Below are positions 62,701 to 64,000 of a stretch of 64,000 nt of DNA, piece by piece. The DNA is from Lama guanicoe. Its lineage: Eukaryota. The translations under genes were made by a program, and so were the position numbers. The DNA lies in the NCBI GenBank assembly GCA_013239625.1, contig MU054541.1, positions 16,714,567 through 16,778,566 of the forward strand, written 5' to 3'. The number at the start of each line of letters is the position of its first letter. Positions within the stretch are counted from its first letter, which is position 1. The notes below the pieces were generated by a model, which was not told where the DNA came from, did not search any database, and saw only the letters and a program-made list of their open reading frames with translations.

Positions 62701-63784
62701 AGTTGAAGGTGATTTGTGGAAAACCAGACACTTGGGGGGCGCGGCATGTACCACCGGCCGCTCCGCTTACCCAACGCCCGGCTTCCAGGTGTCTGACCAG
62801 CCCGCGCGGCCCGCAGTGCAGCGGGCTCTGGCAGTTCTGCTTGGAGTGACGCAGGCACAGCCAGAAGCTTCCCGGGCTCTGGGCTGGCGCGCGTGGCACA
62901 GATGCCCGGCCTTTAACGTCACGTCCCTGAGGCACGTGCAACTTCCCAGAGCTTCAGGCTGGGAGTCTTGGAACCTTCTCTGGCTTTGCCAGCAGTTAGT
63001 TATAGGCCCTAAGATCTCTGAAGTGTGGTTTTCCAAACCACTGGTTCCTACGTCTCACTGAACGTGCAGAGGTGACGATCCCCACCCCTCGAGGTTCTGG
63101 GACGCGGGAAGTACGTGTACGGGGCGCCACCTCGGAGGCGCCGCTCCCTGAGGAGTCGGGCTGGCCGCTGCTCACCTGCGGCTTCATCGATGGGAGTCGG
63201 GAAGGGCAGAGCGTGGGCTCTGCGTAGTTCAGGAACGGACGGCCCCGCATGTGCTCTCAGATGTGACAGGCGGTCAAAAGTGGAACTAGGTTCGAACTCA
63301 ACCACTTTCCTCACTTACCAGGTTTGAAAATAATACCCAAGTCGGTGGACTGTTGCACGAAATACCGGACGTAAAATGGGAGCAGTGAGCCAGTGCTTTC
63401 AGCTTGCTGCCTGCTTCGTTTTCACAAACTCAGTCACCAACCCGGCTGCTTGCTTTTCTGGCGAAGCAGGTGAGAGAGAAAGCAGAAACCAGAGCACGAC
63501 CCCAGGAAATGCATGGCCGGTCGGGGCCCTTCCGAGCCCAGGTGGGCGCCGGAGGGGCACGTGGCTGGAGCGTCGGGAGCTGAGCGAACATTTGGCAGGG
63601 TTCTCAGGAAGAGCTTGGAGCACTGGTGGTCTGAGACTCATTCCAGAGCTAAAATATTTTGGTCTTTTTTCTGAATTGAGCCATTTTCTAGTACCATGGC
63701 CTGTGGGTGTGGCTTGAGGAAAACGTAAGCTAAGTTCCTAACTTTCAGCCTGGTGCCTGTGACACGCGCTTCTCTCTTCTCCAG

Positions 63785-63829
63785 CGGTACAGACTGTTAG
63801 CGTCTCAGCCCCTGACCCGCGAGCTCAGG
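63785..63829 (+). other. Candidate 45-nt exon
   Basis: Acceptor cttctctcttctccag| and donor AGG|gtgagc. Confidence 0.2.
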
Positions 63830-64000
63830 GTGAGCTGTGAGTCACGCAGCCCCCGTCACGGGCAGCGGTCAAAGAGGTGCCGGGACAGCCTGACGACTGC
63901 GTCACTGTACAGCCCGCTCCAGAGTCCCTTCTGTATCAGGTCGTCCCCGCCGCTGCCGAGGAAGAAGAGCCTGACACGTCAGCGTGAGAAGTGATGCTTT

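Larger units (their letters stand above)
1..64000 (+). other. Long intronic/non-coding region of an unidentified + strand host gene (probably camelid)
   Basis: No credible coding exon was found. T exceeds A and G exceeds C on the + strand by eye. Most L1 remnants are antisense, and good polypyrimidine-AG acceptors and GTRAG donors occur on the + strand. This is an inference and the host gene is not recognised. Confidence 0.55.

Noticed and set aside
1-64000. Assigning a host gene symbol
   Set aside because: No exon matched a transcript I can recall. A BLAST/BLAT search of the unique segments is needed.

Overview
This is mammalian genomic DNA, not a prokaryotic or phage window. A tRNA-derived SINE at 8167-8310, with intact target-site duplications, resembles the camelid Vic-1 family, so the source is probably camel, llama or alpaca. 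I recognise no protein-coding exon, and the six-frame ORFs look like chance ORFs from GC-rich, low-complexity or decayed repeat sequence. The + strand appears T/G-rich by eye and most L1 fragments lie on the - strand. This fits a long intron (or non-coding 5' region) of a + strand gene that I cannot name, in a GC/CpG-rich, subtelomere-like domain. The window holds old eutherian repeats (MIR, L2, L1M, MLT1 LTRs, MER5-like), microsatellites, CpG-rich patches, several candidate short non-coding exons and TF-motif clusters. One repeat cluster is nested: a sense-strand L1 broken by two MaLR insertions. The most striking unexplained feature is a ~98-nt hairpin at 20537-20634. It has a 40-position stem whose non-Watson-Crick pairs are nearly all G-U on the + strand, and it is followed by a consensus 5' splice site and G-runs. 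Repeat family names come from my recollection of consensus sequences, and repeat boundaries are approximate.
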